Both the position numbers and the translations under genes were made by a program. From Octopus bimaculoides (lineage: Eukaryota), in the NCBI RefSeq assembly GCF_001194135.2, contig NC_068994.1, positions 17,741,546 to 17,805,545 on the forward strand: 64,000 nucleotides of DNA, read 5' to 3'. The notes beneath the pieces were generated by a model that was given only the letters and a program-made list of their open reading frames with translations, searched no databases and was not told the origin of the DNA. Positions 24,963-38,050 of the stretch are shown in pieces (the first letter of the stretch is position 1; every line of letters starts with the position of its first letter).

Positions 24963-27178
24963 ATTTACACTGTAGGGAGTTCATGCCTTTTCTCTTTCAA
25001 AGAAAGGTTCACATAGTAATTAATCATCTGATGACAATTTTTCGTATCATCATCTTCATTTAATGTCTGTTTTCCATGCTGGCATGGGTTAGACGGTTTG
25101 ACTGGGACTGGTAAGCTGGGGAGCTGCACTAGGGTCCAGTCACCTGTTTTGGCTTAGTTTCTATAGCTCAATGCTCTTCCTAACATCTGTCACTTTAGAG
25201 AGTGTACTAGGTGTCTTTTACATGCCACCAGCATGGGTGCCTTTTATGTGTCACTGGCATAGATGCCTTTTACATGTCACCGGCACTGACCATGACTACA
25301 ATTTCACTTAGCTTGACATATCTTCTCGAGCATTGCAAATTGCCAGAAGTTGCAGTCACTTGTTATTGCCTCTGTGAAGCTCAACAACCAAAGATCATAT
25401 TTCACCACCTCAACCCACATCTTCCTGGGTCTACCCCTTCCACAGGTATGTGAAGTCTCTGGTCAGCCCTGACTGAGGTCATTTATGTATAAACAAAGGC
25501 ATTCTAGTTGTTACTACCTCCTCTTTTAGCAGTATTTAAGACTATATTATTTAATGTATGCTTTTATTTACTTAAGACGGTAGGGTTTGATTTGAAGGCA
25601 ATTTGGTAGCAGAGTGAGTGGTAATGTAGAGACCTGAAGAACATCTGTCCACACTTTTGTTCATCATCAGATTTAACTTCAGTGCAGCTATGGCCCCTAA
25701 CACTCACAGCAGTAATATGTAAAAATGTTAATGTCCTTCAAGCCTCAAGGTGTTTTTAATAGCACTGAGTGGATGAAAATCAAATCTCCAGGATAGGACA
25801 TTGATCAATGATATATAATATTCCTTCTATGCTACACTGGTCATAGCTGCTGTGTTACTGGTACCACACATCTCATAATGTTGCTACTTATTTTAGTTTA
25901 CAAATATGTGCTTGGTTAACTGCATTAAAGTTTGAATGCCATGCATCACTTTGGAATTTATAATACTTTTATGCAACGTATCAAAAGTTCTGCTCAATAG
26001 TTGGATAGGTAACATTCCAAGATGATTTTGGTTACCTATTCTCAACAGCTAGGTATACTGACATGCTCTGAACTAAGTATATTGTCCACATACGCAAATG
26101 ATATGCTTCCAGTAGATTTGAACTCAGTACCTTTGACCTCATAGCCCAATACCATACTCACAAAGCCATTTCATTTTTATAGTCCTGGTGTCATGTAACT
26201 GACACATTAAAAAAAAAAAAAAACACCCATTACACTCTTGGAGTGGTTGGGGTTAGGAACAGTATCCAGCTGTAGAAATCATGCCAAACCAGATTAGAAT
26301 CTGATGCAGCTCTCTGGCTTACCAGTTTCAGTCAAACCACCTAACTCATGCCAGCATGGAAAGCAGATGCTAAATGATGATGATGAATCATAGGATAGAT
26401 TTTATGTTGTCATTCAGTCTGCTGGGAATAACAGTCAGGTCTCTTTCAAAGCACACCCTACTGACAGGGCATAGAAAAAGGCAAGATGATCACCTTTGTA
26501 ATACTTTTACGTTTGATTGATTCTTGGGGTTAAACAATAGCAACACCAACCCATAGTACAGGGCTGTTGAGAATTGGGTTGTCTTTGTAAGGGACTTGCT
26601 GTAACAGTAGGGAAAGGAAACAATATGAAGGACAATGTATTACTGTTACAAACATTTAACCTTTGAGAACTATTGGCTTACTCTGTACACTTATTTACTT
26701 TAACTCTTTTGTGACCACATTTCTGCGGAAATTCACTACATTTTTTCAGTTAATTTTAAAAGGAGCTAAGAATTTTGCAGGGATTTAGTAAAAAGAGAAA
26801 GTAACTTTATTATTCAGCTGGACAACTTAACAAAAGTTTTAGATCATGTTGGAAAGGTTTGATTCAAATAAAAACACTTCAAAATGATCCTTTTTTTTTC
26901 AATTGTAAGACTAAATAGAGTTTCAATCTGGTTGTTTACAAAGAGATTAAAAACCAAGTGCAAGTTTATTCTTAGGCCCTTCACTGTTTAATTCCTTAGT
27001 ATTGTTCCATCAGACATTTTACCCCTGTGTGTACCTCTTCATTTGTTGATGGTTGTATGTTTGTTGTATAACATCATCATTAGTAGATAGTTTGGTTTTT
27101 AATGGATGTACTTCTTCGTCATTACTCATTTTCCTTTCCCATTTATTGCCTAGAATTAGCGAAGTTTTCCAACCTTAA

Positions 27179-27394
27179 CCCTTTAGCATTTAAGCAGGCC
27201 AGAGCCAGCCAAAATATTCTTCCTGTTTTATGTTCAAACTGGCCAGATCCAACCTCTCACACCTACCCAACAATGTTAGTCTAAAAATAGTCACATAATC
27301 GAACTATCAAAGCTACAAGATAATGCAGGATAAATTCAAAATAATGTGAATAAATAAGTATTACACTTGGTAGAATAATCTGAATGCTAAAGGG
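27179..27394. mobile_element. piggyBac-type MITE P1
   Basis: TTAA TSDs, CCCTTTAGCATT TIRs. Confidence 0.9.
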
Positions 27395-27964
27395 TTAAAG
27401 TAGGGGCGAAATGGTAGACTAGGTAGGACTTGGATTACAAATTTGTAGGGAGAGATCATATTTAATGCTGGTCATTTGTCTCTCTGTGGAGAAGCTATTT
27501 AAAATAATTAATTCTTCAAGTTAACACATTGGAAAAATTTCTTAGCCTCTTATATAGGAGAACTTTAGTTCTCAAGACAGTTCTTGTTTTATGAACCCTA
27601 CACTGTGGTTTGCATAATGATTTTGTTTATGTCTTGGTTTTTACTTGGTTTACACACCATTATATAACAATCTATATTATTGAAGTAAGGACAATAAGGT
27701 ACTCATAAAACCCATTTAAGAATGAAAATATTAGATATGAATTTTAGTGAAGATTTTGGTAAATGCTTGTTCAAACTTCTCACACATTTTTTGATAAAAT
27801 TGACCAAATTACTGTGATTACATTATTCATACGTACTGATTGCCTGTTATTAATTGATTTGTGAATTAATTTGGTTTCATGTAAGCTTGTTTGATTTAAA
27901 TTTGAAGTTGCTTATGCTACATGCCACTTGTTCAGGTGTGTGTGTGTTTTTGGCTATCACACAG

Positions 27965-28086
27965 GTTGTTTACTGCAGCAAGGAATGCATGGAGACTGCC
28001 TGGAAAAAATACCATTGCACACTCTGTATGGGACCTTCCAGGGAGGATGAGTCCCATCCCTTGGGAATGTTACAAGTAGCATGGAG
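27965..28086 (+). CDS. SMYD5: SMYD5 exon 3 (second half of MYND finger)
   Basis: acAG|GTT; VVYCSKECMETAWKKYHCTLCMGPSREDESHPLGMLQVAW; donor AG|GTCTGT required to keep frame; 122 nt. Confidence 0.9.
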
Positions 28087-28195
28087 GTCTGTATGTAGCC
28101 AATTGTGTTGAAACTGTTTTCTCAAAGCTCTGTTCACAGCCAACTGCCCTTTTATTTCATGTTACGTGAAACTAAAGACTTTCTCATTATTTTAG

Positions 28196-28265
28196 GAACA
28201 TTCACTTCCCCCCTGAATCCTGCAGTATAATGCTGTTGGCAAAAATGATCTGCATGGTAAAACAG
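28196..28265 (+). CDS. SMYD5: SMYD5 exon 4, followed by a GC donor
   Basis: tttAG|G; (R)NIHFPPESCSIMLLAKMICMVKQ matches human [23 protein letters not shown]; ends CAG|GCAAGT; 70 nt. Confidence 0.92.
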
Positions 28266-30821
28266 GCAAGTATCTCTATTGTTATAATTACATTGTGCAG
28301 TGTTGGTAAGTTCTTAGTGATTTAAAAAAAACTCTATGCTTTAGTTTTAATACCATGTTTGAATGGCCTCCCTTATTTGTCACGATATTGTTAAGAATAG
28401 GTTAAACATCATAATGCCTTGTTTCTTTATATCTCTGAAGCTTATTCTTGATATGACTACAACTCTTACTTCTTGGCATTTTGATTTCTTTCATCATCAT
28501 CATCATCATCGTTTAACGTCCGCCTTCCATGCTAGCATGGGTTGGACGATTTGACTGAGGACTGGCAAACCAGATGGCTACACCAGGCTCCAATCTGATT
28601 TGGTAGTTTCTACAGCTGGGTGCCCTTCCTAACGCCAACCACTCCGAGAGTGTAGTAGGTGCTTTTACGTGCCACCAGCATGAAGGGCAGTCAGGCGGTA
28701 CTGGCTTTCCTTTATATTATATAACACTGAACCAACAAAGGAAACTACTATCATTCTAATACTACTTGTGGGAAAGATATATCACTACAGTGTCATAAGA
28801 ATGTCATTTCCTACTTGTCTACAATTATGAAGTTCTGTGTATGTGTATATTTTGTGCTACAGAACCTAAATTCTGTCAGTACCATTATGGTCTTTGATAA
28901 GGTACAGTTTTCTATTTCCAGTGTATCTAACTAAAAAGTAAGATACTACACTACACACACACACACACACTATATGAAAGTCACGGATGGCAGTCATTTG
29001 AGTACTGGTCTAAGGTTGGAGATGTTGAGGAGCATCCTACTTAAACTGGGACACAAGAGAGTCATGTGGATGTCGTCATCATGGTGTCAAACACAAGGGA
29101 AATCAAGGTGGTTGGCACCATTCTGGAAGAGCATCATTAGGTAATTAGAGTATACTTTAGCTTGGAAAATTGGTGGGTTTTGCCCTTAGCAACTGGAGAG
29201 GTAAGTCCTACTGAGACAAGTCCAAGGGCTCCAATTAAAGTGTCTGGGGTTTGGTTTGGACTTGACCTCGCGAGTGAACATAAACTTGGGAAGAAGCACT
29301 GAGGTTGCTGCTTCAATTGAAAGTTCTGCTAAACAAGTGTGGTTGCCGTTCATGCAGTTTGTCTTTACACAACTCATCTCTTTTGATGAAGCTGCAGTCG
29401 TAGGTTCAAGCACATACCAAAGTTGAGCATTTAGCACTTGGAATGTTTGTAAGTGACTGCATTCTACCAGCTGGACTGCTAAAGAATCATTTCTCACATT
29501 TTAAAGAGGGTAAGTCTAGAGTAAGAGTGACTGTAGCTTGAGAATGATTTTGGTTATTGACTAAGAAGTTATCTTTTCTGGAGGACTTTAACGTCTTTCA
29601 TCTAACTGTGTTACTAGGGCCTTGCTTGTTTGGGATATATTCTACAGCCGTAACTATGTTGGAGCTGCAATAAACCACACTTGTCTGTGATGTATGGAAA
29701 GTAATGAAACCATGTCACATGTTCAGTGTTCATGCATTGTTGATTTGTGGGGTTTATATTGACCAGTTGTTACCATGTATGGAAATGGCTCTGGCTATCA
29801 ATCAAGGCTTGTAGGAAGACCATTTCACCATCTCTTTTTTGGCAAGGGTAGCAATGGGTAGGCTTCCACTGTCTTGTGGATGCAGTTGAAAAGATTGAAG
29901 ATAGCATATCATCCCAGAAAATGCTGTCCTCAAATCATCCCCCCATCTACTTCTTCAAGTACCACTTAAAGATGAAGGGGAGGTGTTGGTCTCTTGTAAA
30001 TTTTATGAAAAATGGGTGAAAGTGGCAGGATTGTCTTAACGGATACTGCTCAGCAATAGGCTGGTGGCAAGAACAGGGAGAAATTAGCTTTTGATTTGTC
30101 AGGGTCATCCTGGGTTGCATGTGGGTTGCCTCAACCATCCATCCTTCATGAAGATCATTCCTTGTTCTTATTTTGTTCTGTATTTTTATTTATTTATTGA
30201 TGTGTTTATTATTTGTTTGATCTCACTTGTTTTATGTGTAAATCTGCTTTTGTTTCTTGTTTTCTGTTTTCATTTGGATTTCCTCTTTGTACGTCTCCAA
30301 CATCTTGGACTCTTATGGTCAATAAAAGGAGTAATTATCATTATTCTATAATTAGATTATTATAAATACAGGCTTACCTCAACTTAGATAATTTCAAGTT
30401 AAGTCTCTTTTGACATTACATTGTTTTTGGGTTTTCTTAAAGAAATTAATCAAAATAATATACCCCTCAACTTCAATCAAGTTATCTGACTTTTACATCA
30501 GTCTCGGCAACCTTATATAAAAGTGTAAAAATTAAAAAAAGATCCTAAAAACTAATAGTGAAGTAGAAAATTAAATATAAATACATGTGAAAATATGTAC
30601 AAACCATTTATTAAAACAGATATAAGCTGATAAAGTTTTTAAAATTCTTGTGTTGTCATTTTTTGAGTCGGGATTTCATGTCTTGGAACTAATTACCATA
30701 AGTTGAGGTATACCTGCAATTATTATTGTAATATTATCATAAGTAATTATTATTATACTACTATTATTTTATAATTATATTATTATTATATTATTTTCTT
30801 TTTAACTAATATTTCATACAG

Positions 30822-30926
30822 GCTAATGACCCTGAAGCAGTATTGAAAGCATTTTCTCAGTTTACTAACTCAACTGTGAATGAAGAAGAACAGATTATGC
30901 ACAAGTTGCTGGGGCCACAGTTCAAA
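30822..30926 (+). CDS. SMYD5: SMYD5 exon 5
   Basis: acAG|GCT; [35 protein letters not shown]; donor GTAAAT; 105 nt. Confidence 0.93.
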
Positions 30927-31481
30927 GTAAATAAACAATTTTTATGTTTCCTTTATTATTTATCTTTATTTTTACTTTTTTATACTTAATATATGTATAC
31001 ATATATATCAAGTCTTAAACTCCTCTGTAATGGCCTGTAAGACTATGATGAGCAGGAGTGGACTGGAGATTGAACCTTGATGAACGCCTACCCTCACACT
31101 AAATTCATCACTGAAATCATTGTTATAGAACCACTATTTCACCAACTCAGTGTCCTCATCCAAGTACTGTCGTGCTTCCATGGATAAGGAAGTCTTTCTA
31201 CAGTCATAGCTTTTCCCCCTCGAACTGCCAGGGTTTTGAACTCTCTTCCATCTCATTGTTTTCTTCTTTCTTTTGACCTGAACTCTTTCAAGTCAGAAGT
31301 AAATTCATTTCTCCTTCTTCATAGACCCTTACACTAAGTAGCTTCTCACCTCATTTGGGATTTTCTGATAATAAATAAAAAAATGTATTTAGTTAACTCT
31401 CCCATTACATCTTAAGTCCAAAGTTTGTGGACAACCTTTGTTGACTACACATCTACCACTCACATGTTTTCTCTTACGCAG

Positions 31482-31544
31482 GAACAGCTAGAAACATTCA
31501 GGTCAATGGTTATGTTAAGTTTGTATGATGAGCACATCCCACAG
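31482..31544 (+). CDS. SMYD5: SMYD5 exon 6
   Basis: gcAG|GAA; EQLETFRSMVMLSLYDEHIPQ; donor CAG|GTATGT; 63 nt. Confidence 0.9.
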
Positions 31545-31839
31545 GTATGTAGTACTAGGATTCTATTATTAATGTTTGTTGCATGTTGGTTATTCAGTTA
31601 ACTGTATTCGTATTACTAAAGGCAGCACTTTACAACACTGACATACTCAATACTGGTGGTCTGGAATCAGAGCCTCTTATAATCTGCACTAATTTATAAA
31701 CAGGAACTTCAGATTCTCACAGCTGCTAGACTTATTAACTGGTACCTTGCACAGGCTAGTACTTTGTACTGTACAGAATTCATAAACTTGTATCATTTAT
31801 TCTATTGTACAAATACCTGTATTTCATTTAATTATTTAA

Positions 31840-32046
31840 CCCTTTAGGTACCAACCCACCTGAAACCACCATTGGTCCTTTGATACAAACTTCCCATTTC
31901 AAAGTAATCTAAATTAAAATTTCATGTTAATTTATGTTCCAAACCCCAGCTGAATAACGTCAGTTAATGTAATAATTTTTTTTACTACTTTCAAAATTAA
32001 TTGAAAAAAGGCAGTGTATTTCAACAGAAGTATGGTAATGAGAGGG
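31840..32046. mobile_element. piggyBac-type MITE family P2 (inverse copy at 51312-51531)
   Basis: TTAA|CCCTTT...GAGGG|TTAA; interior differs from P1 but matches reverse complement of 51312-51531. Confidence 0.75.
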
Positions 32047-32792
32047 TTAAGTGAATTTAATATTTGTTTAATTTAGAGGGTGTTGACCAAAGTGACTACC
32101 CGTGGTTTGGAAAAGTTAGTTTTCCAGAACGGCTTTGGAACCAAAAGTTCTAGAAAATTGATGTTGTACTTGTATTTTTTTTTTTTTTACTTATTTCATG
32201 TCCATGTCAGATCTTTTCTTTGTTTCTTAAATCATCTAACAAAGGGTTGGACAATCTGAGATTGTTATTTCTAAAACAAGAAAAAGATTTGGAAGATTCA
32301 CAATAATGTCAGTTCATTTTGCAGACAATTTCTAACAGAAGTCACAACAAAAATGCTTGTGTTACTTACATTTTCCCAATAAATGTCAGTAATTGTTTGC
32401 ACATGTAGTGGTAGTAGTAGTAGCAGCAGCAGCATTTTAGGCTCAGATCAGCCTTGATTGAGCAGAACCTAAAATCAAAGATATTTTAACTGGAACCAAA
32501 CCAGTTTTTTGTTTAACTGGCTGCAGTGAGTGTAGGACTACATTATCATTTATCCTTCCTAATGGAGAAGATGTTTAGGGTGGGATTTTGAGGGATAGTT
32601 GGTTGTTAATTCTAGCAAGTCAGGACTCATTTGACTAAATTTATTACTTTATTTCATATTGCATTTTAGGCAAGTGAAAGTTGAATATTTTTCCTTGGAT
32701 AGATCACTACTCTCAGATTATTAAATTAATCTTTTCATAAACATTAATGACCTATAACCACTATTGTCTAATTCTGGTTTCTATAGTTTTAA

Positions 32793-33000
32793 TCCTTCAG
32801 TATTTAAACCAGCCAAATCTGACCCAAATATTCTGCATGTTGTATTTCAAACTGGCCAGATCTGGCCTTACATCAATTCTGCAATGTCATTCTAAAACAT
32901 TATCACATGATCAAAATCTTGAAGCTACAAGATAATGCATGAGTAACTCAAAACAATATGAATAAATAGGTATCACATTTGACAAAGTAATGCTAAAGGG
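32793..33000. mobile_element. piggyBac-type MITE P1
   Basis: TTAA TSDs, slightly decayed left TIR. Confidence 0.8.
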
Positions 33001-33504
33001 TTAAACAAATGAAACATCTGAATAGGGTACCTGTTTGTTGTAATTTTCCCAGAATTTCCAACGGCTAGCTAAGCTGAGGAATTTCAAACACTGCTCTTCT
33101 TTTGATTGGAACTTAGGAATTATATGTTGGTAATCAAATATTATATCCATGTAGCAATTTTTGCCTTTATAGTGTTAGACTATTAATAGATATTTATTGC
33201 ATTTATAATTGTTAGCTTTAAAAATTGTATGATGAATTATTTGAAAATATTATCATTGTTTTCTGAAGGAAACAATGATAATATTAAAGTTTTATATTTT
33301 TTTCATTTTCAGAACTAAAACTTTAAATAATTACATTTTTGAAATTTATTATCCTTTTTTTTTTTTTTTTGGTTGATTTAATTTAACATGTTTTATTGTT
33401 TAGACAATTGTCAAGGAGTATGCTCCTTAATTAGGGTGCAAATAGTTTTGGCTCGAATCCTAGACAAGCCAACTTATATTAATGGTTGATAGAAAAAGTG
33501 CCAA

Positions 33505-33745
33505 TCAAAAGGCGGTGAGCTGGCAGAAACGTTAGCACACCGGGCGAAATGCTTAGCAGTATTTTGCCTGTTGCTACATTCTGAGTTCAAATTCCACCGA
33601 GGTCGACTTTGCCTTTCATCCTTTCGGGGGTCGATTAAATAAGTACCAGTTATGCACTGGGGTCGATATAATTGACTTAATCCGTTTGTCTATCCTTGTT
33701 TGTCCCCTCTGTGTGTAGCTCCTTGTGGGCAGTAAAGAAATAAGA
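33505..33745 (+). mobile_element. SINE family D (CORE-domain-like)
   Basis: tRNA-like head (GAGCTGGCAGAA...GAGTTCAAATTCC) followed by GCCTTTCATCCTTTCGGGGTCGATTAAATAAGTACC CORE-like block. Confidence 0.7.
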
Positions 33746-33913
33746 AAAAGTACCAGTCAAATACTGTGGTTGAATTATTCAACTGTATTCTTTGCTTAAA
33801 TGTGCCTTTGGTAGCAATTGATATTACATATTGTTTATGTGTGCGTGTATGTGTGTATTTTTTATTGGAAGGAAACAAATTGACTAAAAAAACAATCATT
33901 TTCAATTTTCCAG

Positions 33914-33984
33914 TGGTTCACTTATGAAGGGTTTCAATCCTTGTTTGCTCTCATTGGTCGTAATGGTCAAGGAATTGGTACTAG
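33914..33984 (+). CDS. SMYD5: SMYD5 exon 7
   Basis: ccAG|TGG; [23 protein letters not shown](S) matches human [24 protein letters not shown]; 71 nt. Confidence 0.95.
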
Positions 33985-35317
33985 GTAAATATTAAATTTT
34001 TACTTCTGGATGTGAGGGGAATATTTTAGAATGAAATATTAAAAAAAAAAATTATACTTGATTGTATATAACACATAGGTCTAGAGGTTAACAACTCATC
34101 TAGAATGTTGGCAGTTAATTACTATCAATACCATCATCTGAATCTTACTTGTATGATTCGGGAGAGTCAGCTCAGATTGTTTGATCCGACTGCTCAATTT
34201 TCTGAGTTAGATCCTGTGCACTGTGTTCTCTTTTCAGAGGATCTGGCTGGGGTGATGGCTTGTGTTGGTTGGTCACAGCGAATGAGGAGGTATGTCATAG
34301 AGATGAGGACTGACTGGGACACTGCTCAGAGGGTTGCACAAGACAACCCACACAAATACCAATAAATGGTAGATGCAGCAAAGCGCTGCAATGGCACGTG
34401 CTCCGACACCCAACCTGAACACTTTTATAACTGACATTACAACAGGATAGAAAGCATTTGAAGCATATTTTGTATCGTAATAGGGCTGTACATTCATAAA
34501 GGGGTGTGCATACATACATGTTCATACAGCTACACCTTGATCTACAAAGAAAACCAAAATATTTTACAATGGATATGTAGTAAAGAGTATACTTTGTCCA
34601 GCAATATAAGGTCTTTTAAACATGACTGCAATGCGTACTCAAATACACTGAGTAAATATAAATAAATGACTTTTTTTTTCATCTCTCTGCAGATAGTAAA
34701 AATGAGAGGTAGGCCTGACTGGTTTTAATCTTAATTGGTATTCTCTTTGGGTACCTCACACTTTGCTTTGTCTCTTTGAAGAGAATCCCAACTAGGATTG
34801 AAACTGGTCAGGTCAATCTCAGTTTTCAAGGCCATGGAGATATTAGAAAAAACAAAAACTTCTCAAAAACATGTTTATATTTGTTTAGTGTATTTGATTA
34901 CCTGCTGCTGTGATGGCTGAGAAAAAACTCAACTTGTACAACTAAGTAGGATATATACTATAGTACATTTGTATTATCCAAAATCATTAATTAAAATATT
35001 CCACAGACAGCTTCCTAAATACTATCACAAATTTCGTGTCTAACCTCAAATCTTAAACAATTCTTATGAATTCATTCTACAACACTATTGTAAGATTCTT
35101 GAATTTTTCCATATGATTGAAACAACACAAAATATTTATTAATTTACTCTATGGCAATTCTATGTTAGGTTGCCAACCCACTTTAATAAACTATGAGGAA
35201 CCTATAATTCTATCCACTGAGTTAAAATTGTTCACTTTCACATCATCTGGCAATTACTGCCAAAACTAGTTATGTATTCAGCAAGTTGTGTATTGTGATA
35301 TGTCAGTATTGACTGCT

Positions 35318-35701
35318 GGTGGAGATGCAATGGCCCAATGGTTAGGGCAGCGGACTCGCGGTCATAGGATCGCGGTTTCGATTCCCAGACCGGGCATTGT
35401 GAGTGTTTATTTAGCGAAAACACCTAAAGCTCCACGAGGCTCCGGCAGGGGATGGTGGTGAACCCTGCTTTACTCTTCCACCACAACTTTCTCTCACTCT
35501 TACTTCCTGTTTCTATTGTGCCTGTCATTCAAAGGGTCAGCCTTGTCACACTGTGTCATGCTGAATATCCCCGAGAACTATGTTAAGGGTACACGTGTCT
35601 GTGGTGTGCTCAGCCACTTGCACGTTAATTTCACGAGCAGGCTGTTCCGTTGATCGGATCAACTGGAACCCTCAACGTCGTAAGCGACAGAGTGCCAACA
35701 A
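35318..35701 (+). mobile_element. tRNA-derived SINE family C, young copy with 14-bp TSD
   Basis: tRNA-like head (TGGCCCAATGGTTAGGGC...GGTTTCGATTCCC), (AAC)n tail, TSD CAGTATTGACTGCT at 35304-17 and 35702-15. Confidence 0.9.
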
Positions 35702-35816
35702 CAGTATTGACTGCTACTTACATTATTACATAGTCTCTCAGAGAGAGAGAGAGAGAGAGAGTGTATATGAGCATTGATATTTTTCAAATAGGTAAAGAAC
35801 AGTTATTTTTTCTTAG

Positions 35817-35923
35817 TTCTATTAGTGTGTGGTGTCAAAATTGTGATGCTATGGACCTTCATCCAGATGAACGGATTAATATTGACAATTTCATAGACCA
35901 GCTTTATGTTGACTTGGAAAGAG
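35817..35923 (+). CDS. SMYD5: SMYD5 exon 8
   Basis: ttAG|T; SISVWCQNCDAMDLHPDERINIDNFIDQLYVDLER; donor G|GTATGT; 107 nt. Confidence 0.93.
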
Positions 35924-37086
35924 GTATGTACAGCTGGTTTTTGTTTCTTACTTAGCATTGCTGTTAACTCTTATAATGGTAAACAAATTAATTTGCTGGT
36001 GTTCTGTCCAAAATCAAGAAAACATTTGGGTTTCAAATAATTTCACAATCAACAAACTAATTCTTTATCCAATCAATTTAGCTATTTTGTACTTGTGATA
36101 CTCTGCTTTTATCTAATTACAACTGCCTGTTCTTCAGCTTTTCTAACTTAGGAATAAATACCAAATCTTGTGCAAGTGTTATCTGTAATAGATTAGTAAC
36201 CTATGCATGGGAAGATCCTTCTCTTTCATACATTTAACACTGTTGAGTCTAGATTTAAATATTGGGTTTATGAGTACAGGTTTATAAATAATTTTTTGTT
36301 ACCTATATATGTCTAGATTGGTGAGAGAATAACTTATGACAAAGATTGAAGAACTGAGGGCATACCTATAGGTGTGTTATATTAATCAACAGAATCATCA
36401 TCATCATCATCGTTTAACGTCCGCTTTCCATGCTAGCATGGGTTGGACAATTTGACTGAGGACTGGCGAATCAGATGGCTACACCATACTCNNNNNNNNN
36501 NGGACAATTTGACTGAGGACTGGCGAATCAGATGGCTACACCATACTCCAATCTGATTTGGCAGAGTTTCTACAGCTGGATGCCCTTCGTAACGCCAACC
36601 ACTCTGAAAGTGTAGTGTGTGCTTTTATGTGCCACCGGCATGAAGGCCAGTCAGGCTGTACTGGCAACGGCCACGCTCAAAATGGTGTATTTTATGTGCC
36701 ACCTGCACGCGAGCCAGTCTAGCGGCACTGGCAACGATCTCGCTCGAATGTTGTTTCACATGCCAGTAAGGTGACTTTCTCCTCCGAATAAAGTGGCTAG
36801 TCAAAATGTTCATTTTTCTGTATTGACAGATTGTTAAACAGGGAAAGTTCCCATAGATTTGTTATGACATCCTGGGCTAGCAAATAGAGTTAACTGGTGT
36901 GTCTGATATTCAGCTTCAATTGCTGCAGGCTGGAAAGAAAACTTTCCAGAAGAATTTGTTGGTAGGGCAAGAGTGAAGGTTATAGGACAAGAAGAGATGG
37001 CTTTAATGAGTAGGTTTAGTTAGGCTTTTGTGAAGTAAACCCACTATCTCTGTTTTTATTATTTCATGTTTTAGCCTTAATATTTT

Positions 37087-37245
37087 GGGAGTGGCTGTGT
37101 GGTAAGTAGCTTGCTTACCAACCACATGGTTCTAGGTTCAGTCCCACTGCATTGCACCTTGGGCAAGTGTCTTCTACTATACCCTTGGGCTGACCAAAGC
37201 CTTGTGAGTAGATTTGGTAGATGGAAACTGAAAGAAGCCCGTCGT

Positions 37246-37277
<32 letters not shown>

Positions 37278-37494
37278 TTATATGTGTGTGTATGTTTGTG
37301 TTTGTCCCCCCACCATCGCTTGACAACCGATGTTGGTGTGTTTACATCCCCGTAGTTTTAGCGGTTCAGAAAAGTGGCTGATAGAATAAGTACTAGGCTT
37401 ACAAAGAATAAGTCCTGGGGTCAATTTGTTCAACTAAAGGCGGTGCTCTAGCATGGCCACAGTCAAATGACTGAAACAAATAAAAGAATAAAAG
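37087..37494 (+). mobile_element. SINE family A
   Basis: Full head-microsatellite-tail structure. Confidence 0.85.
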
Positions 37495-37588
37495 TGTTGT
37501 TCACATCCTACTGCAAATGACTCTGTCTTTTGTTTGTCTGTGATTGGTAAAATTACTTACTAGTTAAGTAAGTATTGGAGTCATTTAA

Positions 37589-37807
37589 CCTTTTAGCATT
37601 TTGATTACTCTATCACATATAATGCTTATTTATTCGCATTGTTTTGAATTAATCATGCATTATCTTCTAGCTTGAGATTTCTATGATGTGATTGTATATT
37701 TTTAGAATAATATTGTAGGGTAGGTATGAGAGGCTGGATCTGACTGGTTTGAACATAAAACAAGTAGAATATTTGGGCTGGATATGGCTGGCTTAAACAT
37801 TTAAGGA
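37589..37807. mobile_element. piggyBac-type MITE P1, reverse orientation
   Basis: TTAA TSDs, internal sequence inverse of 19930-20141. Confidence 0.8.
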
Positions 37808-37993
37808 TTAAATTGATCTCATATTTACAGCCTTGTGTGAATGTGAGAAAACATCATTATTGTTGCCAACATAATATTTTCTAACTGACCATTAGAGTGG
37901 GTGAGTTGGCAGATACATTGTATTAAATTCTCTTTCCCTATAAATTTCTAGTTGTGTATCTATATAAGACATTATTAATATTTTATCTTGTAG

Positions 37994-38050
37994 AATCCGG
38001 AACATTCTTGAACTGTGAAGGATCTGGTCTTTACTCAATGCAAAGTTGTT
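37994..38050 (+). CDS. SMYD5: SMYD5 exon 9
   Basis: gtAG|AA; (E)SGTFLNCEGSGLYSMQSC; donor GTAAGT; 57 nt. Confidence 0.95.

Noticed and set aside
29000-30130. Possible LINE endonuclease relic on the minus strand
   Set aside because: Motifs too eroded to assign by eye; left uncalled, as were similar stretches at 22520-23000, 34240-34480, 38290-38560 and 50760-51050
35325-35400. tRNA-like sequences
   Set aside because: These are SINE heads: no acceptor stem, and they continue into repeat bodies with TSDs
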